Below, one piece after another: positions 9,244-17,201 of a stretch of 64,000 nucleotides of DNA (the first letter of the stretch is position 1; each line of letters starts with the position of its first letter). The stretch lies in the IMG/VR virus record IMGVR_UViG_3300026085_000093, positions 32,001 to 96,000 of that record; one strand, written 5' to 3'. The DNA comes from a virus (lineage: Duplodnaviria; Caudoviricetes). The notes beneath the pieces were generated by a model. That model was not told where the DNA came from. It saw nothing but the letters and a program-made list of their open reading frames with translations, and made no database searches. The translations under genes were made by a program, and so were the position numbers.

Positions 9244-9968
9244 AAGATATCTTACAAGATGTTGTGTCGCACACACATAGTCTCGGTTTTATTACAACAT
9301 TAAAAGTTGTTGCAGAACAAGAGACTAGTATCGAAAGTATGGCAGAAGATAGAAGTGTTGTACTTAGTGCAACAACTCATTCGCCTGTGTCGGAATTTGT
9401 AGGTACATTTGGTATGCCAGATTTAAATAAACTTGCATATCATTTGAAGAACCCAGAATACCAGGACAAAGCAAAAATTGATGTGGTACAGGAAGAACGC
9501 AACGGAGAAATTATTCCAACACATATTCATTTTGAAAATGAAGTTGGCGACTTCCAAAACGACTATCGCTTTATGAATAAAGCAATTATCGAAGAAAAAT
9601 TAAAAAGTGTTAAATTCAAAGGTAGCACATGGGATGTAGAATTTACTCCAAGTGTTGCAGCAATTGCACGTATGAAACTAATGGCTGGTGCTCATTCAGA
9701 AGAACCAGTATTCCAGGTCAAAACAGAAGATGGAAATCTAAACTTTTACTTCGGTGACTTGAATACACACGCAGGTAAGTTTACATTCCAACACGATGTA
9801 GGTGGAACCTTGCAACACACTTGGGCATGGCCAGTTGCGCAAACTATTTCTATTTTAGGACTAGATGGCGATAAGAAAATTAGCATCACAGATCAAGGTG
9901 CTATGATGATTACAGTAGACAGTGGTATGGCCAAGTATGACTATATCCTGCCAGCACAAAGTAAATAA
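9240..9968 (+). CDS. Putative DNA polymerase sliding clamp (T4 gp45-like)
   Basis: 242 aa, two-domain beta/alpha pattern and size typical of gp45/PCNA-like clamps, C-terminal YILPA; replication-gene context. Fold-level call. Confidence 0.6.
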   Translation: MKDILQDVVSHTHSLGFITTLKVVAEQETSIESMAEDRSVVLSATTHSPVSEFVGTFGMPDLNKLAYHLKNPEYQDKAKIDVVQEERNGEIIPTHIHFENEVGDFQNDYRFMNKAIIEEKLKSVKFKGSTWDVEFTPSVAAIARMKLMAGAHSEEPVFQVKTEDGNLNFYFGDLNTHAGKFTFQHDVGGTLQHTWAWPVAQTISILGLDGDKKISITDQGAMMITVDSGMAKYDYILPAQSK

Positions 9969-11425
9969 TGAATACAAATTTAACTGCAACACAAAATGAC
10001 TATGCTGTTTTTCTGCCTGCGTTGAGTGGCTTTTATGCTACTTACGTGGGCAAACAGCGTTTTGAAAACTATGTTGATCCTGCTAGAATACCAAGCAATT
10101 TAAATAATGGCGTTGAAAGTCTTAACTATCTAAATAAAGATCAAGGACAGTTTCAATATAAGTGGACATTGTACTCAGCAGGACATGCTGACTTAGATAC
10201 TACAAAACATGCACCTAAGGAAGATATGGTGCGTAACAGAGATAGAGCAAACACTTGGCTACTTGGTGACTCAGGTGGCTTCCAGATTGGTAAGGGTGTT
10301 TGGGAAGGTGACTGGAAAGATCCAAACTGTCCAAAAGCACAAAAGAAACGTGATGGTGTATTGCGTTGGATGGATGCTTATATGGATTATGGTATGATAC
10401 TTGATATTCCCGCCTGGGTTGCACGTTCACCTGCAGGTGCAAAAGCAACAGGCATTAGTACATATGCAGAAGCAGTTAAAGCAACACGTATTAATAATGA
10501 TTATTGGATGAAGCATCGTACAGGTGCCTGTAAGTTTTTGAACGTACTACAAGGCGAAAATCATGCAGATGCAGATGACTGGTACGATCAAATGAAAGAC
10601 TACTGTGATCCAAAAAAATATGAAGATCATTTTAACGGATGGTCAATGGGTGGACAAAATATGTGCGATGTACACCTTGCTCTTAAACGTGTTGTTTCAC
10701 TACGTTTTGACGGATTGCTTGAAAAGGGCAAACATGATTTTATGCACTTCTTAGGAACTTCAAAACTTGAGTGGGCTACACTACTAACAGACATTCAACG
10801 AGCAGTGCGCAAATATCATAACGAAAACTTTACTATCACATTTGATTGTGCTAGTCCTTTCCTTGCAACTGCTAATGGACAAATCTACTGTGAACTGGAA
10901 ACAGAAGACAGAAGTAAATGGGTATATCGAATGGTGCCAAGCATTGACGATAAAGCACTAGCAAACGATACTACTCCGTTTAGTCAAGCATTTGTAAGAG
11001 AAGGAAAACACCCTAGTTTCTTAGATTCACCAATAACAACAGGATTACAAGCCAAAGATATTTGTATCTATGGTCCGGGTGATCTAAATAAAATAGGCAA
11101 AGAAGGCAAGACCTCATGGGACAGTTTTTCATATGCTGTTATGATGGGTCATAATGTATGGATGCACATTAACGCAGTGCAGGAAGCAAACCGCCAATAT
11201 GATGCAGGTATTATTCCTAATATGTTAATACAAGAAAAGTTTGATAGAATTGCGTTTAGAGATATTGTTGATGCAATTTTTGAAACCGATAACAGACAAA
11301 AAGCCGAATCTCTCATTTTAGAATTTTCTAAATATTGGGACAGTATTATAGGTACTAGAGGCAATACAGGAAAGCGTATTGTAAATGCACAAACGCAATT
11401 CAACAATCTATTTGAGGAACTATAA
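9968..11425 (+). CDS. dpdA: tRNA-guanine transglycosylase-fold protein, probable DNA 7-deazaguanine transglycosylase (DpdA-like)
   Basis: TGT motifs DSGGFQ, ILD, VLQG, SMGG, HFLG, FDCASP; clustered with queD/folE/queE-like genes. The CxCxxC zinc site is absent. Confidence 0.78.
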   Translation: MNTNLTATQNDYAVFLPALSGFYATYVGKQRFENYVDPARIPSNLNNGVESLNYLNKDQGQFQYKWTLYSAGHADLDTTKHAPKEDMVRNRDRANTWLLGDSGGFQIGKGVWEGDWKDPNCPKAQKKRDGVLRWMDAYMDYGMILDIPAWVARSPAGAKATGISTYAEAVKATRINNDYWMKHRTGACKFLNVLQGENHADADDWYDQMKDYCDPKKYEDHFNGWSMGGQNMCDVHLALKRVVSLRFDGLLEKGKHDFMHFLGTSKLEWATLLTDIQRAVRKYHNENFTITFDCASPFLATANGQIYCELETEDRSKWVYRMVPSIDDKALANDTTPFSQAFVREGKHPSFLDSPITTGLQAKDICIYGPGDLNKIGKEGKTSWDSFSYAVMMGHNVWMHINAVQEANRQYDAGIIPNMLIQEKFDRIAFRDIVDAIFETDNRQKAESLILEFSKYWDSIIGTRGNTGKRIVNAQTQFNNLFEEL

Positions 11426-11607
11426 TGATGGGACATAAAGAACATTTAGTTGAACTGAAAAGAAAACATAGAAAACTAGATGAAGAAATTATTGAACTTG
11501 AAAAATCGTATGTTGTAGATGACGAAATTAGAAAATTAAAAACAAAAAAACTTTGGTATAAAGATGAAATTCATAGACTGGAGAATATAATTGCGTTCAG
11601 AGAATGA
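11425..11607 (+). CDS. DUF465/YdcH-like small coiled-coil protein
   Basis: L..KH..LD..I...E....D..I..LK..KL..KDEI pattern. Confidence 0.7.
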   Translation: MMGHKEHLVELKRKHRKLDEEIIELEKSYVVDDEIRKLKTKKLWYKDEIHRLENIIAFRE

Positions 11608-11767
11608 AATTAGATTAGAAGCATTACAAATGGCCCTAGAAGAAATTGAAAAAATCATTGACAGTATGCATAAAAACAATTATACTAATGAAGAAATTAA
11701 TGAATACAACAAAAAACGTTGGGACATTTGGAACGAAATGTATAAGGTAAAAAATGGCAAAGGTTGA
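11591..11767 (+). CDS. Small hypothetical protein (58 aa, TTG start; not in track)
   Basis: (M)RSENEIRLEALQMALEEIEKIIDSMHK...KG*; fills the gap. Confidence 0.55.
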   Translation: MRSENEIRLEALQMALEEIEKIIDSMHKNNYTNEEINEYNKKRWDIWNEMYKVKNGKG

Positions 11768-12068
11768 AGAAACAGTAGCAGCCCTAAAGGGTATACCTAC
11801 AAAAGATGAATTAGTTGCATTGTTAGAAAAGCAAGTCGTTGAAGTAACTTTTAATAAATTAGACGGCACTGAAAGAGTAATGCCTTGTACTCTTATGCCT
11901 TCATTCTTTCCAGATCCAAAGAAAGATACAACACAAAAACACGAAAAAAATGTTGTTGTGTGGGCAATTGAATCAAACGCTTTTAGAAGTTTTAGGTACG
12001 ATCGTGTTAAAAAAGTAGAAGTTATTCAATATGGCAACGGCGGCAACGAATGGGAGGCTCAATATTAA
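11754..12068 (+). CDS. WYL_2/DUF2693-like SH3-type beta-barrel protein
   Basis: VTFNKLDGTERVM..TL ... VVW.....FRSFRYD signature of T4-like phage WYL_2 proteins. Confidence 0.7.
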   Translation: MAKVEETVAALKGIPTKDELVALLEKQVVEVTFNKLDGTERVMPCTLMPSFFPDPKKDTTQKHEKNVVVWAIESNAFRSFRYDRVKKVEVIQYGNGGNEWEAQY

Positions 12069-12622
12069 TGAATAGAGATTATTCTACAGGTTCTGCAGAT
12101 GATGCTATTTACTTTATCGGTAACGAAGTAGAACGCACACCTGCATTTGGCTTAAAAACTTTGTTTATTACAGGCAAACAGCCTTTAGAAGAAATTAAAG
12201 GCATTGCTAATGTGAATAAAATCAAGCATTTGTTTTTTGGTTCTAATCATAGTTTTAAACCCGAGACTAGTGAAGATTGGGACTGGTGGGAATCGATGAT
12301 CAAGGATTGTCTAGATGAAGGTTACTATTGCAGTTTAGATATTCCTATTGCACTTGCAGAAGAATTTCTCGAAAGTGGTTTGACAGAATACGAAAATTTT
12401 ATTCCACAACTAAGAGTTCCTATTCCATATATTAAACTATGGAATTATAACACTATGTTAAAAATCGATGATAAAGATTTTAAGGCAACTAATCCAGGTG
12501 TTTGGTGTCATAGTTTACACGACTTAATGGATAGGAAAAAATTTACTGACTGGTCTAATTATGCATCAGATGAAATTATTGAGTTGACAACTATCGAAAA
12601 TGGTACTATAGTAAATGAGTAA
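12068..12622 (+). CDS. Hypothetical protein inside the deazaguanine cluster
   Basis: TAATG overlap at 12068; FIGNEVERTPAFGLKTLF...HLFFGSNHSF; no family recognised. Confidence 0.8.
   Translation: MNRDYSTGSADDAIYFIGNEVERTPAFGLKTLFITGKQPLEEIKGIANVNKIKHLFFGSNHSFKPETSEDWDWWESMIKDCLDEGYYCSLDIPIALAEEFLESGLTEYENFIPQLRVPIPYIKLWNYNTMLKIDDKDFKATNPGVWCHSLHDLMDRKKFTDWSNYASDEIIELTTIENGTIVNE
12584..12612 (+). promoter_or_regulatory. Sigma70-type promoter directly before the queD-like gene
   Basis: TTGACA(12584)-17 nt-TATAGT(12607); ATG at 12615 implies a near-leaderless transcript or use of a downstream ATG. Confidence 0.6.
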
Positions 12623-13076
12623 CAACAAAGAACCCGAGCGCTATTATGATTGGATGCTTTGGAAAATGCGACAGGAAGATAATAAATTGGCAAATAGTTT
12701 AGAAAATGCAAAACGTAGTATTTGGGTAACATTCCGTAAAGAAGGTATCCATTTGTATCCTGCGGCAAAAGACGACCCGGCACTTGCAACAGGTGGTTGG
12801 GATGATGTAAGTTTCTTAGGTGTAGCACATAGACACATCTTTCATTTCAAAGTACAAATTCAAGTAACACACAATGATAGAGATATTGAATTTATTCAGT
12901 TCAAGCGTTGGCTCGAAAGTCTTTATGATGATAAGGTTATTGAACTTAATCACAAGTCTTGCGAAATGATCGCAGACGACTTGTATATCCAGATTAACAA
13001 CAAATATCCCGGCCGCTTTGTTGTTATTGATGTCGCCGAAGATGGCGAAAATGGCTGTCAAATTGTTTACCCATAG
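12615..13076 (+). CDS. queD: QueD-like T-fold enzyme (6-carboxytetrahydropterin synthase-like)
   Basis: HRHIFHF metal-binding His motif, IEFIQFK, SCEMIA (cf. T/SxExxA in PTPS/QueD); pathway context. Confidence 0.65.
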   Translation: MSNNKEPERYYDWMLWKMRQEDNKLANSLENAKRSIWVTFRKEGIHLYPAAKDDPALATGGWDDVSFLGVAHRHIFHFKVQIQVTHNDRDIEFIQFKRWLESLYDDKVIELNHKSCEMIADDLYIQINNKYPGRFVVIDVAEDGENGCQIVYP

Positions 13077-13094
13077 AAAAAAGGATTAAGGTAA

Positions 13095-13307
13095 ATGACT
13101 ATTACATTCAATCGTGACGCTTACAATAAAGTGTTTAATGATTTGGATAAATTCCGCGACTACTGTCGTTTCGAAGGAAAGGTCTTTAACGAGGCTGATT
13201 TATATAAAAAGGATTCGCCTATTTGGCAGTCTTATATTAAACATCAAAATTATATTCGTGCTAAGTCACGTAACGCAAGCCGAAGTTTTAACAATCGGAG
13301 AAACTAA
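13095..13307 (+). CDS. Hypothetical protein (70 aa)
   Basis: AAGG RBS; coupled to the next gene. Confidence 0.75.
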   Translation: MTITFNRDAYNKVFNDLDKFRDYCRFEGKVFNEADLYKKDSPIWQSYIKHQNYIRAKSRNASRSFNNRRN

Positions 13308-14356
13308 TGACAATTTACATTGTAGATATCGAAGCAGTTGATACACGCTACACAAAGCAATGGAAAGACTATCTTCCGAAGCAACTACAACGATCTACAA
13401 ACGAAAATGTAAAAGTCATTAGTGGTGGGGAAACGCCTCAGGCAACAACGCCTGGGGCATTTCTCAATTTTGGTGGAACTAATGTTTATAAGTCCAAACA
13501 ACTAGAAATTATAGGCGAAATGTTTTGCAAAGGGCAAATTCAAAGTGGAGATTATTTTTTATATACCGATGCTTGGAACCCTACTGTTATTCAGTTACGT
13601 TATATGGCAGAACTCTTGGACGTTGATGTTAGCATCGGCGGGCTTTGGCATGCTGGTAGTTATGACCCTCATGACTTTCTTGGCAGGTTAATTGGAGATA
13701 AACCGTGGGTACGTCATGCAGAACAGGCAATGTATGAATGTTACGATGATAACTTTTTTGCAAGTAATTTTCATATTGAATTATTTGCACAAAGTTTAGA
13801 CATTGATCCAGATAAAACACATCGTGTAGGCTGGCCTATGGAATATTTACGTAGTAGTTTAGATCAATACAAAGGTATGGAGAAGCGTAATCTTATTCTT
13901 TTCCCACATCGTCTTGCCCCAGAAAAACAAGTTGATGTATTCCATGATTTGAAACAGCAACTTCCGCAATATGAATTTGTTGTATGTCAAGAGCAAATGC
14001 TTTCTAAAAATGAATATCACAACTTGTTAGGAGAAGCAAAACTTGTGTTTAGTGCTAACTTACAAGAAACACTTGGTATTAGTTGGTACGAAGGCGCACT
14101 TGTTGATGCTATTCCTATGGTTCCTGATCGCCTTTCTTACAGTGAAATGGCATTGCCTGAATTTAAATATCCTAGCCAATGGACTGAAGATTATAGTGCA
14201 TATAGAAAACATAGAGGAGATATTGCTGCCAAGATTGTTGACTATATGGAAAACTACAATGACTATCTTATAAGTTTAGAAAAACAGCGTATTAGACTTA
14301 ACAAAGAATTTTTTGACGGAACAGAACTATACAGGAATATTGCAGATGGGCAATGA
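13307..14356 (+). CDS. GT-B glycosyltransferase (GT4-like)
   Basis: LWHAGSYD, ILFPHRLAPEKQ, LQETLGISWYEG (ExxGxxxxE donor-binding motif), PDRLSY. Confidence 0.8.
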   Translation: MTIYIVDIEAVDTRYTKQWKDYLPKQLQRSTNENVKVISGGETPQATTPGAFLNFGGTNVYKSKQLEIIGEMFCKGQIQSGDYFLYTDAWNPTVIQLRYMAELLDVDVSIGGLWHAGSYDPHDFLGRLIGDKPWVRHAEQAMYECYDDNFFASNFHIELFAQSLDIDPDKTHRVGWPMEYLRSSLDQYKGMEKRNLILFPHRLAPEKQVDVFHDLKQQLPQYEFVVCQEQMLSKNEYHNLLGEAKLVFSANLQETLGISWYEGALVDAIPMVPDRLSYSEMALPEFKYPSQWTEDYSAYRKHRGDIAAKIVDYMENYNDYLISLEKQRIRLNKEFFDGTELYRNIADGQ

Positions 14357-14666
14357 TGATGATTATATTTTTAGTGTAAGTACAGACCACACTTATTCAG
14401 TTAGCATAAGTGATATCACAACAACAACTATAGACACTAGTACATTTGATGATCTAATTACATTAGATGGAGATAACGGTATTACACTTATCATGGACGA
14501 TCCTGTTGATTTTGTAGATCAAATGCCTTCATTAGATAAAATAAAAGATATGTGTCAACATTATCCTGGCTTAAAAAAAGCTTTTAAAAACTTTGAATCA
14601 GTTTACAAAATGGTTCATCAAGACTATAAAGGTAATCACGAACCAAAAATAGAGGTACCATTTTAA
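14346..14666 (+). CDS. Hypothetical acidic protein
   Basis: ATG 14346 in the track ORF 14313-14666. Confidence 0.7.
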   Translation: MGNDDDYIFSVSTDHTYSVSISDITTTTIDTSTFDDLITLDGDNGITLIMDDPVDFVDQMPSLDKIKDMCQHYPGLKKAFKNFESVYKMVHQDYKGNHEPKIEVPF

Positions 14667-14893
14667 TGCAACATCCAATTGAAGAATGGATCAGACGTAT
14701 CAATGCAATGAAAGATTTATGCATACAAGCACATAGAGTGCGTAACGAATTTGCAGAAATCAGTTATAAACAATATGACGAATCTACTTGTAAGCACTTA
14801 CTAGAACAAGTTCAATCAATGGCAGCAGGTATTGCAAACGAAAAAATAACTGATATAAAAACTGAAATGGATGAGTGGAAAAAGAATGATTAA
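14666..14893 (+). CDS. Hypothetical protein (75 aa)
   Basis: TAATG coupling. Confidence 0.7.
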   Translation: MQHPIEEWIRRINAMKDLCIQAHRVRNEFAEISYKQYDESTCKHLLEQVQSMAAGIANEKITDIKTEMDEWKKND

Positions 14894-15467
14894 GAAACAT
14901 TATTATTCGTGGCAAGACGTAGAAAAGATGTGTGCAAGTATTGTCATGCAGATGTATAAAGATAATTGGCGTCCTGATTACATTGTAGGTATTACACGAG
15001 GTGGTAACATTCCTGCTACTATTATTAGTAACATGACAGGCATCCGTTGTGAAGCACTTAAAGTAAGTTTGCGTGATAACGGTAATGGCGAAAGCGAAAG
15101 CAACTGTTGGATGGCAGAAGATGCATTTGGATATGAAGATATGAAACTTCAAACCCATAACCAAGACATTCAAGCAAGTGCAAATGTTGATATTATCACT
15201 ATAGAAAACAAAAGTAATATCCTTATTGTAGACGATATTAACGACACTGGTGCAACATTTAACTGGATTGTTAATGACTGGCAAGCCAGTTGTTTACCTG
15301 ATCATGATCGATGGAGCAGAGTTTGGGACGAAAACGTTCGTTTCGCAACATTAACTGAAAACTTATCAAGTGCCTGCGGATTAGTGCGTTATTATGCACA
15401 CGAAATTAATAAAGCAGAAGAAAACGTTTGGTTAGTTTATCCTTGGGAGAATGTAAATGAGTACTGA
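14886..15467 (+). CDS. Type I purine phosphoribosyltransferase (Gpt/XGPRT-like)
   Basis: IVGITRGG, PRPP loop ILIVDDINDTGATF, W.VYPWE. Confidence 0.88.
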   Translation: MIKKHYYSWQDVEKMCASIVMQMYKDNWRPDYIVGITRGGNIPATIISNMTGIRCEALKVSLRDNGNGESESNCWMAEDAFGYEDMKLQTHNQDIQASANVDIITIENKSNILIVDDINDTGATFNWIVNDWQASCLPDHDRWSRVWDENVRFATLTENLSSACGLVRYYAHEINKAEENVWLVYPWENVNEY

Positions 15468-15708
15468 ATATAAAGAATATAGATGCAAGTATAAAGCAGA
15501 ATGGCCTGTAGACAAATTTGGCAGACTTGGTGGAATGTATAGCATGGCAGATCTTCCAGTTAAGGCATATGTCGAACTAGAAAGAGAAGGTCTTTTAGTA
15601 TCACAAGATAGCAAAAAAGAACTGTACGAAATTAAAGATGCTGAAAAACAATTTATCAAACGTGTAGTTCCTTTTAGTGATGTAACAGATATTGAAGAAA
15701 TATCTTGA
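15457..15708 (+). CDS. Hypothetical protein (83 aa)
   Basis: GGGAG RBS; coupled ORF. Confidence 0.7.
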   Translation: MSTEYKEYRCKYKAEWPVDKFGRLGGMYSMADLPVKAYVELEREGLLVSQDSKKELYEIKDAEKQFIKRVVPFSDVTDIEEIS

Positions 15709-15733
15709 CAAAAACCTAAATACATGGTATATT
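15705..15733 (+). promoter_or_regulatory. Sigma70-type promoter upstream of folE, with an embedded CTAAATA late-like motif
   Basis: TTGACA(15705)-17 nt-TGn-TATATT(15728); CTAAATA at 15716-15722. Confidence 0.75.
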
Positions 15734-15772
15734 AAATTAATAGACATCCCCGTCTATAACTCGGAGAAATAA

Positions 15773-16456
15773 ATGAGCAAATCAAAACAAATTACAGCCC
15801 GCTTGCAAGATGCAGGCATTCGCTATTGGGCCGGCGACAACATTTCAGAAGTCCTACAAGCAGGCGACAAAGAAGAACTTATTGAAGATGCTACAGTAGC
15901 ATTTGAAGGTGTACTAGATGCACTACTAATCGATCGACATAACGATCCTAATTCACAAGGTACTGCAAGGCGTCTTGCTAAGATGTACTTTAATGAAATT
16001 ATGGCAGGACGATATGATCCTATTCCAAGTGCTACAGCATTTCCAAACCATGTAGATGAAGGTTACAAAGGTATGTTAGTTGTAAGAAGCGAACTTAAAA
16101 GTATGTGTTCGCATCATCATCAACCAGTAAACGGTGTAGCATATATTGGTATTATTGCCGCTGATACACTTATCGGACTTTCAAAGTATACACGTATTGC
16201 ACAATGGTGTGCTAGACGTGGTACACTACAAGAAGAACTTAATAATGTTATTGCAAATGAAATACAGAAAGCAACAGGAAGTCCTAACGTAGGTGTGTAC
16301 ATTCAAGCAACACATGGTTGTTGTGAAAATAGAGGTATTGGTGCACACAGCAGTCTTACACAAACAACTGTACTACGTGGTGCATTCTATGATGATCCTA
16401 GTACTAAGAAAGAGTTTATGGATAATATAAAACTACAACAGGAATTTGCTTGCTAA
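15773..16456 (+). CDS. folE: GTP cyclohydrolase I
   Basis: SMCSHH, GLSKYTRI, LQEEL, HGCCENRG. Confidence 0.96.
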   Translation: MSKSKQITARLQDAGIRYWAGDNISEVLQAGDKEELIEDATVAFEGVLDALLIDRHNDPNSQGTARRLAKMYFNEIMAGRYDPIPSATAFPNHVDEGYKGMLVVRSELKSMCSHHHQPVNGVAYIGIIAADTLIGLSKYTRIAQWCARRGTLQEELNNVIANEIQKATGSPNVGVYIQATHGCCENRGIGAHSSLTQTTVLRGAFYDDPSTKKEFMDNIKLQQEFAC

Positions 16457-16562
16457 TGTTTGAAATTAATTATTCTTTTACACAACCTTACTACAATACA
16501 TTCATTGTTAATCTGCAACCTAAATACGATCTAGCAGAAAGATTTATCAAGGCAAAAGCAGA

Positions 16563-17201
16563 ATGTCAAGGTTAATTGCATTTGGTTGTAGTTTGACATA
16601 CGGCGATAATTTAAAAGATATATGGCCGCACAATGAAGAGTCGAGCAAACTTGCTTGGCCTTCTGTTGTTTCTAAACTATTAAATTTAGAATGCATTAAC
16701 AAAGGAGTAAGTGGTTATTCAAATAAAGAAATACTTAACGATTTGTTGACATTTGAATACCAAAAAGGTGACACAGTTATTTGTTTATGGACATTTCATC
16801 AGAGACATGCAATACTTACTGAAGAATTATCAACACCTGCAATTTCAATTAAACCGTGGGAAATGAAAAACAATAAAGCAATTAAGTCATATTTTAAAAA
16901 TCTTTACACAGATTATGATTCTAATTGGACAACTAACTTATACATGAGAGTAGCGAAATCTTACTTTGACGAGCATAACATAATTAATTACCATGCTAAT
17001 GCAAAACCATGGATCTTCCAACAGGAAAAATGGAATAACATAAATTTTATTCCAGTAGAAGACATTGATACAATTCGAAACAAAGAAAGCAGTGATTTGG
17101 CAAAAGACAAACGTCATCCAGGTTACAGAGTGCATAAAGAGTTTGGTACAAATATTGCAAATTATATAAAGGAACAGACACATGAAATTACGTTACAGTG
17201 A
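16563..17201 (+). CDS. SGNH/GDSL-like hydrolase or acyltransferase
   Basis: FGCSLTYG (block I Ser), GVSGYSN, C-terminal DxxHPG. Confidence 0.6.
   Translation: MSRLIAFGCSLTYGDNLKDIWPHNEESSKLAWPSVVSKLLNLECINKGVSGYSNKEILNDLLTFEYQKGDTVICLWTFHQRHAILTEELSTPAISIKPWEMKNNKAIKSYFKNLYTDYDSNWTTNLYMRVAKSYFDEHNIINYHANAKPWIFQQEKWNNINFIPVEDIDTIRNKESSDLAKDKRHPGYRVHKEFGTNIANYIKEQTHEITLQ

Noticed and set aside
9968-11425. Canonical bacterial tRNA-guanine transglycosylase (host queuosine AMG)
   Set aside because: Not excluded, but disfavoured: zinc motif missing, extra length, no queA/queF/queG in the window, and coupling to the replication clamp.
16457-16576. In-frame continuation after the folE stop (possible read-through or a 38-aa TTG ORF at 16460)
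   Set aside because: FolE ends at its normal C-terminus with TAA; the extension has no motif or RBS, so support is insufficient.
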